A DNA stretch of 64,000 nt, from positions 78,428 to 142,427 of the forward strand of contig MHCP01000025.1 in the NCBI GenBank assembly GCA_001816655.1. Reading direction: 5' to 3'. The first letter of the stretch is position 1. Every line of letters starts with the position of its first letter. A model generated the notes under the pieces. That model was not told the DNA's origin and ran no database searches. It worked only from the letters and a program-made list of their open reading frames with translations. This document shows positions 16,097-24,967 of this stretch, piece by piece. Made by a program: the position numbers and the translations under genes. Source of the stretch: Candidatus Woykebacteria bacterium RBG_13_40_15. GTDB lineage: Bacteria; Patescibacteriota; Microgenomatia; Woykebacterales; RBG-16-39-9b.

Positions 16097-16130
16097 TTCG
16101 TCTAATGTACGACGTTAGAATCTTTTGTGC
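16097..16130. repeat. Dispersed repeat family, copy D (partial)
   Basis: ttcgtctaatgtacgacgttagaatcttttgtgc reproduces the gtctaRtgtacgacgtta block and the atcttttgtgc 3' end of copy C. Copies C and D directly flank the phd–relE cassette. Confidence 0.7.
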
Positions 16131-16236
16131 GTATATTTAAAAATAGCTACTTAGCTTATCAGAATCTTAATTAATGAGTGGCTCTCTCCTTTCTCCATGA
16201 GAGTTCCACTCGGTAACAGGCTGATGCTTTGTCTGC

Positions 16237-16695
16237 TTAATCGGTTTGGGTAGTGCCCCCTAGATCCACTACTCGGACGAAACCAGTTTCGGAGAACAGT
16301 GTGAGGGGTAGGAGGCTATCGAACGATACCACCTTGAAACCCTCTCGAACCCCGATTGCCTCACCGCCCCAGAGACTAAGACGGACCCGGATCATGATCC
16401 AGCAGTATTCGAAAAGGAACCTTGTCTTTATCTCGAACTCTACTATCCGATCCGCTAACTCCATCTTAGCTTCATACGTGTTCGCTGCCTTGAGGGAACG
16501 TTCCGCCTCGGCGGCCTTCTCAAGGAAGAGAGAAGCGGCAGAAACCACTTCTATCTCATCCTCGATCAGATCGCCGACAATCCTTTCGCCTTGGCGAACG
16601 GGTGTTAGGATCGTGAGAGGCCTCCTTAGTTCCCTTCTCGGCAAGGGAACTGTGAATGGCAGTCTCTTTAGCCAACTACCTCTTCTTGTAGGCAT
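16237..16695 (-). CDS. hypothetical protein (152 aa), GC-rich
   Basis: ORF only. Confidence 0.3.
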   Translation of the reverse strand: MPTRRGSWLKRLPFTVPLPRRELRRPLTILTPVRQGERIVGDLIEDEIEVVSAASLFLEKAAEAERSLKAANTYEAKMELADRIVEFEIKTRFLFEYCWIMIRVRLSLWGGEAIGVREGFKVVSFDSLLPLTLFSETGFVRVVDLGGTTQTD

Positions 16696-16871
16696 AGAAA
16701 ACTCCTTCCTTCTTGCTCGCTCCTTTATTGTTATGGGATTATACCATAGTTATGGAATTTTTACTTTGTGTATTGGCCCAAAAATACTAGAATGACAATA
16801 ATAAAAGAAGAATATGTTAAAATGGTTGTTGTAACAACATAAATTGAAGATAAACACACCTTAAAAAGTGC

Positions 16872-16948
16872 TGGGGTGGGTGAGGGGGTTCGAACCCCCG
16901 ACCTTCCCCTCCACAGGGGGACGCTCTACCGATTGAGCTACACCCACC
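16872..16948 (-). tRNA. tRNA-His (anticodon GTG) with encoded G-1
   Basis: G-1 plus acceptor GTGGGTG/CACCCAC, anticodon stem TCCCC/GGGGA with loop CTGTGGA, T arm GGGGG-TTCGAAC-CCCCT, discriminator C, CCA encoded. Confidence 0.85.
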
Positions 16949-16951
16949 AAG

Positions 16952-17419
16952 TTATCCAATAAATCCGTGTTTAAGATAATGGCAGTTTCTGCAAAGTAAG
17001 GCTAAATTAGAAACATCGTTATTCTTTCTATCTCCATCTCTATGATGAACTACCAAGACTCGCTCGTCAGAAAAATTACAACATTCACATTTTAACACTT
17101 TTGAATGGTTAAATAAAACTTTCCTGTAAGAACTAACTCCTGTCCGCCAATTGGGATTATTTATGCTGAATCTTAAATTTTTATTTGCCCAGCTGGCATG
17201 GCAAGAATAGCTACAAAAGAATAAATTACTTTTAGATTTCTTGAATTGAGCTGGGGTTCTGTAAAGTGCATTACCACAATGTGCGCATTTTACAGTCCTT
17301 CCTTTTTTCTGGGCTTCAAACTTACATTTATCCGAGCAAAATTTACCCCACCCAATTTTAATATGTCTCGGCTTCGCATAAAATTTTCCGCTGCAAATTT
17401 TACAATTTAACCAAGGCAT
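16952..17419 (-). CDS. HNH endonuclease with N-terminal Cys-rich zinc-finger region
   Basis: HHRDGDRKNNDVSNLALLCRNCHYLKH is an HNH motif. Multiple CxxC pairs lie upstream. Confidence 0.75.
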   Translation of the reverse strand: MPWLNCKICSGKFYAKPRHIKIGWGKFCSDKCKFEAQKKGRTVKCAHCGNALYRTPAQFKKSKSNLFFCSYSCHASWANKNLRFSINNPNWRTGVSSYRKVLFNHSKVLKCECCNFSDERVLVVHHRDGDRKNNDVSNLALLCRNCHYLKHGFIG

Positions 17420-17521
17420 TTTTAAATTCTAACCCGGAGGTTCACAAAATGTCAATCAAAAAGGTTGTGTTAAAAACGATTGGACACCCATGTTATTTAG
17501 GGAGAGGTCGAAAATATGGAG

Positions 17522-18643
17522 TTATTCGGGACGATTATCGAGCCCAACAGCCTCTGAGAGGCTTTCTAAGCCGTCTTTTTTCAAAAGCCGAGCTAATCCC
17601 TGGTTTATTTCAGCTACGACCTGAGGCCCGTCGTAAATCATCCCGGTTATTAGTTCTATCAGAGAAGCGCCCAGTTTTATTTTCTTATAAGCATCTTCTG
17701 CAGAAAAAACTCCCCCACAACCAATTATTACGAATTTTTTACCAAATTTTCTATAAATATAGGAGATCAATTCGTTTGATGCTGCCTCTGCTGGCTTACC
17801 ACTAATTCCTCCTGCTACCGGAACAGATTTATCAGCTAATTTAATCCTTTTTTTAGTCAAATTTGAACACACAAACCCTGTTATTTTGTGTCGTTCAGCA
17901 ACATTAATTATTTCATCAACCTGACTTGTCGGCAAATCCGGTGGCATCTTTAAAAAGATGGGTTTTTTTGTTTCGGTTTTATCAATTTCGGCTAATAATA
18001 ACTCAAGTTTTCCAGGATCAGTAAATGGTTCTCCACCAAAAGCGTTGGGGCAGCTGATATTTATGGTAAAAAATGCTCCAATTTCTAAAAACGATTTGTA
18101 GGCCTTGACATAATCAGCAATTCCGTCTTTAAGGACAGAAGTTTTAGCGCTATTTGTTTTCGCTACATTTACCCCAACCGGAATCGAAAAATTTTTGTTT
18201 CCTAATCTTTTACTTATTTTTTTGCAGCCTTCGTTTCTAAGACCGTAATTAACAACAATCCCCTTTGATTTTGGTATTCTCCAAAGGCGGGGTTTTGGGT
18301 TTCCACTGCAGGGCTCTCCGGTAACAGAACCGATTTCAGCAAAACCAAACCCAACAGAAGGTAAAATATTTGTTAAATAACCATCTTTGTCGAAACCAGC
18401 CGCTAAACCGATTGGATTTTTAAAGCGAATTCCGGCAAGCTCTTGGCTCAAGGTTTTGTTCGAATAATTGAATAAAACTCCGGTTTTAAAACGAGTTACC
18501 GGATTAGAACCTAAAAATCGGCCAGTATTGATTGCAAGGTTATGAACTGTTTCAGCCTCTATTAAAAATAAAACCGGCCTCAAAATCGCCCGATAAAGAA
18601 AACCGAGAAGAGTATTTCGTACTGAAATAATTATCTCCATCAA
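17522..18643 (-). CDS. pyrD: dihydroorotate dehydrogenase (quinone), class 2
   Basis: FKNPIGLAAGFDKDG, GFGFAEIGSVT, NISCPN and IIGCGGV are class-2 DHODH signatures. An N-terminal hydrophobic segment is present. Confidence 0.85.
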   Translation of the reverse strand: MMEIIISVRNTLLGFLYRAILRPVLFLIEAETVHNLAINTGRFLGSNPVTRFKTGVLFNYSNKTLSQELAGIRFKNPIGLAAGFDKDGYLTNILPSVGFGFAEIGSVTGEPCSGNPKPRLWRIPKSKGIVVNYGLRNEGCKKISKRLGNKNFSIPVGVNVAKTNSAKTSVLKDGIADYVKAYKSFLEIGAFFTINISCPNAFGGEPFTDPGKLELLLAEIDKTETKKPIFLKMPPDLPTSQVDEIINVAERHKITGFVCSNLTKKRIKLADKSVPVAGGISGKPAEAASNELISYIYRKFGKKFVIIGCGGVFSAEDAYKKIKLGASLIELITGMIYDGPQVVAEINQGLARLLKKDGLESLSEAVGLDNRPE

Positions 18644-18657
18644 TTTTCTATTTTACA

Positions 18658-19251
18658 CTAATCTTCCAACCGACGAGAAATTTCTTCCCAATTTACCACA
18701 TTCCAAAAAGTTTCGATGTATTTTTTCTTTTCGTTTTTATAGTCTATGTAGTATGCATGCTCAAACATATCCAGAACCATTAGAATTCTACATGTTGGGT
18801 ATATGTTGGTATTATGCTTCTCTATCTGCATTAGAAGCAACTGACCTGTTTGGTTGCAGTATGTAAGAGCTACCCAACCCGAACCTTCAACAGAAGAGGC
18901 TGTTAATGAGAATTCTTTGCGAAACCGCTCAAAAGTCCCAAACTCTTTTTTTATCAATTTCGAAAGCGACCCAGATGGTTCCTTTCTCGCCTTATTAGCA
19001 GGCATCATATTGGCCCAAAACATCGAATGTAAAACATGGCCCCCAAGGTTAAACGAAAGAGCTTTTAAGACTCCTTTTATATCAAGATTGGAACCCTCTT
19101 TTCTATCCTTATCCAATTTTTCCAGAATGTTATTTACTTCAGTTACATAAGCTGCGTGATGAATTTTTAACTGCTCAGAAGACAAAAACGGAATTAAATC
19201 ACCATATCCGTAAGGCAGCGGTGGTAGTGTGTACAAACCTTTCTGCGGCAT
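18658..19251 (-). CDS. sodA: Fe/Mn superoxide dismutase
   Basis: LPPLPYGYGDLIPFLSSEQLKIHHAAY and DMFEHAYYIDYKN (the D..EHAYY signature). Confidence 0.85.
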   Translation of the reverse strand: MPQKGLYTLPPLPYGYGDLIPFLSSEQLKIHHAAYVTEVNNILEKLDKDRKEGSNLDIKGVLKALSFNLGGHVLHSMFWANMMPANKARKEPSGSLSKLIKKEFGTFERFRKEFSLTASSVEGSGWVALTYCNQTGQLLLMQIEKHNTNIYPTCRILMVLDMFEHAYYIDYKNEKKKYIETFWNVVNWEEISRRLED

Positions 19252-19424
19252 TTTAACTCACCTCCTTAATAAGGACGACAAAAATAAAATATTGACAAAG
19301 AAAAACCTAAATTACAACAGGCAAGCAAGTTTTGTTTACGAATGGTCCTTCTGGTACTCAAAATACGAGTAGGCAGCTGTGTAGATTGAAACCAAAATAA
19401 ATGGTACGATTAATTTTTTATAAT

Positions 19425-19499
19425 GGTGCCCTCGGAGAGATTCGAACTCTCAACTCTGGGTCCGAAGCCCAGTGTTTTATCCGTTATACTACGAGGGCC
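19425..19499 (-). tRNA. tRNA-Arg (anticodon TCG) with an atypical D arm
   Basis: Acceptor GGCCCTC/GAGGGCA, anticodon stem CTGGG/CCCAG with loop CTTCGGA, T arm GAGAG-TTCGAAT-CTCTC, CCA encoded. The D-arm pairing is weak, so the isotype call is moderate. Confidence 0.6.
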
Positions 19500-19575
19500 T
19501 GGAGCGCGAGACGGGATTCGAACCCGCGACCTTCTCCTTGGAAGGGAGACGCTCTACCAGCTGAGCTACTCGCGC
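19500..19575 (-). tRNA. tRNA-Gly (anticodon TCC)
   Basis: Acceptor GCGCGAG/CTCGCGC, anticodon loop CTTCCAA, T arm GCGGG-TTCGAAT-CCCGT, CCA encoded. It abuts tRNA-Arg. Confidence 0.85.
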
Positions 19576-19603
19576 CTGGGTAATGTAACTAACTTCTTGT
19601 TAA

Positions 19604-19663
19604 GCTCGAATTATATAACTAGCTTTGCTAGATGTATAACTCTCGCTACGCTCGAATTATATC
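19604..19663. promoter_or_regulatory. About 59-bp conserved element upstream of the tRNA-Gly/Arg pair; inverted copy at 25134-25188
   Basis: gctcgaattatataactagctttgctagatgtataactctcgctacgctcgaattatatc. Its reverse complement matches 25134-25188 at about 85%. Read in the tRNA sense it gives TTATAC-17 nt-TATAAT just upstream of the tRNA. Confidence 0.55.
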
Positions 19664-19817
19664 AAAATTTAGTCTCGCCTTCAATTAAATTGAGTATCCC
19701 AAACGTTCTATAAGCTTGACTAATTGCTAAATGTTGCTATCATACTCTCGAAAGCTAATCGCACTTATATAGGTGAATATTTGTTAAGAAACAAGAGATC
19801 AAGGGGAGGTAACAGTC

Positions 19818-21113
19818 ATGCCAATGTCAATCGACTTCCAGAGCCGCCTGTTCCCCCATCTTTCCAAAATCGTTGATCACTATGGAACCCCTTTCCATAT
19901 CTACGATGTGAGGGGTCTTCTGGAAAATGGAACAGACCTAACACGCAAGTTCATGGGCCAATTCCAATTCAAGGAGTTCTTCGCTGTCAAAGCGAACCCC
20001 AACCCGGAGGTTCTGAAGCTGATGCGGGGAATGGGTTTTGGCTTCGACTGCAGCTCTATTCCAGAGCTTGTCCTTGCCACTCTGGTCGGTGCAAAACCAG
20101 GCGATGTCATGTTTACCTCAAATAACACAAGTACGGCCGAATTTCAGGCAGCACTTGACATAGGCTGCATTTTCAACCTGGACGACATTACCATGATTGA
20201 GAATGTCCCAGAACCCTTTCCTAGACTCATTTGTTTCCGTTACAACCCCGGGGAACGGCGAAGTGGAACCAGTTTCATCGGCGTACCAGTCGAGGCAAAG
20301 TACGGAGTCCGTCACGATCAGCTCATCAACGCATACCGCATGGCAATGGCTCGAGGTGCGAACCGGTTTGGGCTACACACTATGATCGCCTCCAACACCT
20401 TGGACTGTAGCTATATGATAGAGACAGTCCGAATGCTGCTTGAGGTGGTCGAGGAAGTCTCGGCAGAACTCGGGATCAAATTCAAATTCATCAACATGGG
20501 TGGTGGAATTGGAATACCCTACCACCCAAATGATGCACCGTTCGACCTTTTCCAACTGGCCCACGAAGCCCGATACTTGCTACACCGCTTCAAGGAAAGA
20601 AACGGTTACGTTCCGGCGCTTTACATGGAATCGGGTCGAGCAATGACCGGTCCCTTCGGAATACTGGTCACGCGAGTCCTCAACCGAATGAGTAAGCACC
20701 GGGAATATGTAGGCGTTGACGCCTGCATGTCCTCCCTAATGCGACCTGGAATGTACCGGAATAGTCAGATAGCAGAAGGTGCGGGTTACCACCATATCAC
20801 AGTACTAAATAGGTACGGTCACCCCAAAAGTGGGCCTACTGAAGTAGTGGATATTGTCGGTTCGCTCTGCGAGAACTGCGACAAGTTCGCCGTCCGAAGA
20901 GAGCTCCCTATGGCAGAGGTGGACGACCTAGTTGTCATCCACGACACAGGCGCTCACGGTCACGCCATGGGGTTCATCTACAACGGACGGCTTCGTCCCG
21001 CGGAGCTTATGCTTTGCGAGGACGGTAGTGTTCGACTTATCCGAAGAGCAGAAACCATCGAGGACTATCTTCGAACAGTCGCAGATCTCGAACCAAACGT
21101 TATGCAGCTGTAG
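19818..21113 (+). CDS. Fold-type III PLP decarboxylase of the Orn/DAP/Arg family (diaminopimelate decarboxylase-like)
   Basis: FAVKANPNPEVLKLM is the PLP-Lys motif. NMGGGIGIPY is the Gly-rich loop, ESGRAMTGPFG is present, and GSLCENCDKF is the CE..D active-site motif. GC is higher than the core genes. Confidence 0.65.
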   Translation: MPMSIDFQSRLFPHLSKIVDHYGTPFHIYDVRGLLENGTDLTRKFMGQFQFKEFFAVKANPNPEVLKLMRGMGFGFDCSSIPELVLATLVGAKPGDVMFTSNNTSTAEFQAALDIGCIFNLDDITMIENVPEPFPRLICFRYNPGERRSGTSFIGVPVEAKYGVRHDQLINAYRMAMARGANRFGLHTMIASNTLDCSYMIETVRMLLEVVEEVSAELGIKFKFINMGGGIGIPYHPNDAPFDLFQLAHEARYLLHRFKERNGYVPALYMESGRAMTGPFGILVTRVLNRMSKHREYVGVDACMSSLMRPGMYRNSQIAEGAGYHHITVLNRYGHPKSGPTEVVDIVGSLCENCDKFAVRRELPMAEVDDLVVIHDTGAHGHAMGFIYNGRLRPAELMLCEDGSVRLIRRAETIEDYLRTVADLEPNVMQL

Positions 21114-21149
21114 AATCAACCAAACTCAAACGAAAGGGAAGGTGATATT

Positions 21150-22346
21150 GTGCCCAACCGATGGCTTCCAGAAGGTGAAGAGAACCTTTTCCAGAGGATC
21201 AAAGCTCAGCGTGAGGCAGCAGCAGCCAAGGGCATCAAGATCATTGACCTGTCGATTGGCCAACCGCAAGGCCCAGCACTCCTAAGTGCTAGAAAAGAAG
21301 CCTCTCGCGCTGTGTTAAGCAGCAAGGAAGCAATGCACAGCTATCAAGACAATGGGTGTTTGCCCTTACCCGATTTCGCTTCACAGTTCATACAATCCCA
21401 TATGCACCGGGGGCTCGACGGTTTCGATATAGCGTTCCTTCCGATACCCGGCATCAAGCCAGTCCTCTCGATGATACCGCTTGCATGCGGTGCCGAGAAG
21501 AATAGTGCACTCATCGTGGAGACCATGACGAACCCGGGCTACCCAACGCCATTGGATGTCTGCAAGCACCTACGCTTGCGAGGAATTCACGAGCTACCAC
21601 TCACGCCCGAAAACGGATTCAGCTTTGCACTAAGCGACTCCTGGGGGACTCGCGGCTTGATGATGCTCAACTACCCACACAACCCATCAGGCCAAATCGC
21701 CATCAAGAACTGGTGGTGGGCCCTCTGCGAGTACTGCGTTACCCACGGGATAAGGCTCTTCAACGACGCTGCTTACGCAGCCCTCTGGCACACCGAAGAG
21801 TGCTGCACCCTGACAGAAGTAGCTGTCAGCTTTCCCGATCTTTCCTGGGTTGAAGCATTTTCCGCGTCAAAACTCATCGGCAACGGCACCGGCTGGAGGA
21901 TTGGTGCTCTCGTCGGCTCGTCCGACTTTGTCGCCGATATAGCGGCCATCAAGGGAAAGATGGATAGCGGATTCGCCGCTCCGCTAGCGGCAGGAGTTCT
22001 TGCGGCAACGGAGAGTGACCGCGACGGAATAAACACCTATCGGGAAATGTACCGCCAGCGATCAGAAATGCTCACTAGGTTGCTCTCTAACCGCAACGTG
22101 AGGATTGCTGTGCCTCCAAAGGCTGGATTCTTCACGCTCTGGAAGGTCCCAGCGCAAGCCTTCGGAGAAGAGGTCCAGGACGCCCCACACTTCAACTCAA
22201 CCATGATCGAGCGGACTGGTGTCGTTGGTGTGCCCTTCGACTCAAAGCAAGGAGCTTACATTCGATACGCGGTCTGCGGCGACATCGGAGCAATGGAAAG
22301 AGATCTAGAAGCGGCCTTTGATCAAGCGGCTGTTTCGTACAATTAG
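21150..22346 (+). CDS. Class I/II PLP aminotransferase (DapL/AspC-like)
   Basis: NYPHNPSG matches the N.P.NP.G motif and SASKLIGNGTGWRIGALVG matches S.SK......G.R.G. GC-rich; co-oriented and 36 nt downstream of the decarboxylase. Confidence 0.6.
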   Translation: MPNRWLPEGEENLFQRIKAQREAAAAKGIKIIDLSIGQPQGPALLSARKEASRAVLSSKEAMHSYQDNGCLPLPDFASQFIQSHMHRGLDGFDIAFLPIPGIKPVLSMIPLACGAEKNSALIVETMTNPGYPTPLDVCKHLRLRGIHELPLTPENGFSFALSDSWGTRGLMMLNYPHNPSGQIAIKNWWWALCEYCVTHGIRLFNDAAYAALWHTEECCTLTEVAVSFPDLSWVEAFSASKLIGNGTGWRIGALVGSSDFVADIAAIKGKMDSGFAAPLAAGVLAATESDRDGINTYREMYRQRSEMLTRLLSNRNVRIAVPPKAGFFTLWKVPAQAFGEEVQDAPHFNSTMIERTGVVGVPFDSKQGAYIRYAVCGDIGAMERDLEAAFDQAAVSYN

Positions 22347-22570
22347 TTGCCCTACCAATCTGCCAGACACGAGCCCCTAGCGCGCTGATTAACAATCAGA
22401 AAGCGAAGGGGCTCCATTCATTATAGACATGATAAGGGTTGCTTATTCCACAAATTAGTTGCAGAGCAGCGGGTATCTACGGGTATCTAGCAGTCGCTTT
22501 TAGTCCATGAAATGGTTGCAAAGCAAATGCGGCTAGCAGTTGCTTTACAAAGGTGCTAAAATAGTACGAT

Positions 22571-24967
22571 ATGGAAGATAAAGAGAAAAAGAAAGTCTTA
22601 CAGACATTGCCACTGATACCTGTTAAGGATATCGTTATATTCCCCCACGCAGAGGTTCCTATTTCCTTGAAAAGGGAAAAATCGGTAAAAGCTCTTGAAG
22701 AAGCTCTAGTTAAGGATAAGATTTTATTCCTTGTAATGCAGAAAAATCGTGAGATTGAAGAACCCACCACAGATGATCTTTTTGACGTAGGGACTATCTC
22801 AAAAATAGCTTCCGTGCAGCGACTGCCTGACGGAGTTGTTAACATAACTGTTGAAGGATTGAAAAAAGCTAAAGTGACCGAACATGTAAGAGTCGATCCA
22901 TATTTTGAGGCAGAAGTTGATGAAATCGACGAGTTAGAATACTCGGCTGAGGAAATTGATGCTTTAATCCGCCCAATGGTTGAGCAGTTTCGTCGCTGTA
23001 TCTCATTAGGAAAATCTGTTCCCCTAGACCTTATCCCAGCAATATTTGATCTTTCTAATCCCTATCAAACTTTGGATATGATCATTTTAAATCTAGAACT
23101 AAAACAGATCGAAAAACAAGCTCTCCTCGAAGCCCCTGACCTAAAATCACGCGCTAAAATTTTGTCAGAATACTTAGCCAGAGAAATTTCGATTCTTCAG
23201 ACAGCAAGAAAAATTCAAGACAAAACATCTGAAGAAATCGGAAAGAATGCGAAAGAAGCATTTTTGAGGGAGCAGCTAAGAACGATAGAGAAGGAACTGG
23301 GTGTAAAAGAGGAACGGGAGGAATTCGGTGAATTGGAAACAAAAATAAGGGAATCTGGTATGCCAAAGGAGACAGAAGCCAAAGCCCTGAAAGAACTAGA
23401 TAGACTGCGCAAAATGCCCCAATTTTCTCCAGAGGTTTCATATTTGCGTACGTACTTAGATTGGTTAGTAGATCTTCCCTGGAGTGCCAAATCAGAAAGC
23501 AAGATAGATGTAAAAGAAGCAGAAAAAATTCTCAATGAAGACCATTATGGGTTAAAAAAGGTAAAAGAGCGCATCTTAGAATACCTAGCAGTCCATAAAC
23601 TAACTGGAAAAATGAAAGGGCCGATTCTCTGTTTCGCAGGACCTCCTGGAACTGGAAAAACCTCTGTCGGCAAGTCTATTGCAAGAGCGTTAGGCAGAAA
23701 ATTTGTAAAGGTTTCCCTTGGCGGAATGCGGGACGAAGCGGAAATTCGAGGCCACCGAAGAACTTATGTTGGAGCTCTCCCAGGCAGAATTATTCAAGGA
23801 ATGAAAGACGCTGAGACAAAAAATCCGGTATTTATGCTTGATGAGATTGACAAACTCGGGATTGATTTTAGGGGGGACCCTTCTTCGGCACTGCTGGAAG
23901 CCCTAGATCCAGAGCAAAATCATTCATTTTCAGACCATTACCTAGAAGTTCCTTTTGATTTATCAGATGTAATGTTTATAACAACCGCAAATATATTGGA
24001 CACCGTCCCTCCCCCACTTCGTGATCGAATGGAGGTAATTGAATTTCCAGGCTACACTGAAGATGAGAAATTCCATATCGCTACAGGATACTTGTGGCCA
24101 AAACAACTAGAAACACATGGATTAGAAAAAAATATATTGAAACTTAGTAACGAAGCCCTGCGGACTATTATTTCTGGCTATACCAGAGAGGCTGGTGTCA
24201 GAAACCTTGAAAGGGAACTCGCAACAATTTGTCGAAAAGTCGCGAGAGAGATCACAGAAAGCAAGATTAAAAGTGCTGAAGTTAACAGTAAAAGCCTCCA
24301 CAAATACCTAGGACCTGAAAAATTCGAGCCTTGGATAGCCGAGAAGCAGGATGAAGTAGGAGTTTCCACCGGCCTTGCCTGGACCGAAGTTGGGGGGCAG
24401 GTGCTCAATGTTGAGGCGACAATGATGCCAGGAAAGGGCCAACTGCTCTTAACTGGCTATCTTGGCGATGTTATGAAGGAGAGCGCCCAAGCAGCTCTCT
24501 CTTACACGAGAAGTAAAACCGCCGATTTTGGAATTAAGGAAAATTTCTTTAAAGATAAGGATATCCATATTCATGTTCCCGCCGGTGCCATACCAAAAGA
24601 TGGTCCAAGCGCAGGAATCACAATGGCTACTGCACTAGTTAGTCTAATAACAAAAATACCCGTTAAGAAAGAGATCGGAATGACTGGCGAAATAACACTG
24701 CGAGGCCGAGTCTTGGAGATTGGTGGTGTCAAAGAAAAAGTACTAGCTGCTCATAGAGCTGGGATTAGAAAGGTAGTTTTACCAAAGAAAAACAAAAAAG
24801 ATCTTGAGGAAATTCCAGCTAAAACTAAAAAAGAACTAAAATTCACTTTCGTTGATAATATGGACGAAGTTCTCAAAAATGCCCTGAAAACTAACCCTTT
24901 TAGAGCTATCAGAACAGAAAAAACAATCGGTATTGAACCGCAGAGAGCAACAATCTCAGCCGCATGA
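22571..24967 (+). CDS. lon: ATP-dependent Lon protease
   Basis: Lon N-terminal domain, Walker A GPPGTGKTS, and protease Ser-Lys dyad context DGPSAGITMATALVSL...KEKVLAAHRAGI. Confidence 0.9.
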   Translation: MEDKEKKKVLQTLPLIPVKDIVIFPHAEVPISLKREKSVKALEEALVKDKILFLVMQKNREIEEPTTDDLFDVGTISKIASVQRLPDGVVNITVEGLKKAKVTEHVRVDPYFEAEVDEIDELEYSAEEIDALIRPMVEQFRRCISLGKSVPLDLIPAIFDLSNPYQTLDMIILNLELKQIEKQALLEAPDLKSRAKILSEYLAREISILQTARKIQDKTSEEIGKNAKEAFLREQLRTIEKELGVKEEREEFGELETKIRESGMPKETEAKALKELDRLRKMPQFSPEVSYLRTYLDWLVDLPWSAKSESKIDVKEAEKILNEDHYGLKKVKERILEYLAVHKLTGKMKGPILCFAGPPGTGKTSVGKSIARALGRKFVKVSLGGMRDEAEIRGHRRTYVGALPGRIIQGMKDAETKNPVFMLDEIDKLGIDFRGDPSSALLEALDPEQNHSFSDHYLEVPFDLSDVMFITTANILDTVPPPLRDRMEVIEFPGYTEDEKFHIATGYLWPKQLETHGLEKNILKLSNEALRTIISGYTREAGVRNLERELATICRKVAREITESKIKSAEVNSKSLHKYLGPEKFEPWIAEKQDEVGVSTGLAWTEVGGQVLNVEATMMPGKGQLLLTGYLGDVMKESAQAALSYTRSKTADFGIKENFFKDKDIHIHVPAGAIPKDGPSAGITMATALVSLITKIPVKKEIGMTGEITLRGRVLEIGGVKEKVLAAHRAGIRKVVLPKKNKKDLEEIPAKTKKELKFTFVDNMDEVLKNALKTNPFRAIRTEKTIGIEPQRATISAA

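Noticed and set aside
8255-16130. Group II intron boundaries suggested by GTGCG/GTGCC at the repeat 3' ends
   Set aside because: No domain V/VI-like structure and no IEP ORF downstream. The repeats are far too short and have conserved 5' ends of their own.
13686-16130. Integron attC sites / superintegron cassette array
   Set aside because: No intI in the window, cassette ORFs are in mixed orientation, and I could not find the GTTRRRY / RYYYAAC core sites. Kept only as a loose analogy.
17449-17805. Plus-strand 118-aa ORF
   Set aside because: It is antisense to, and entirely within, the well-supported pyrD gene. Many other antisense or internal ORFs (for example 1373-1597, 4817-5095, 23154-23535, 35142-35965, 40653-41362, 46430-46943, 50948-51345, 54331-54859) were rejected for the same reason.
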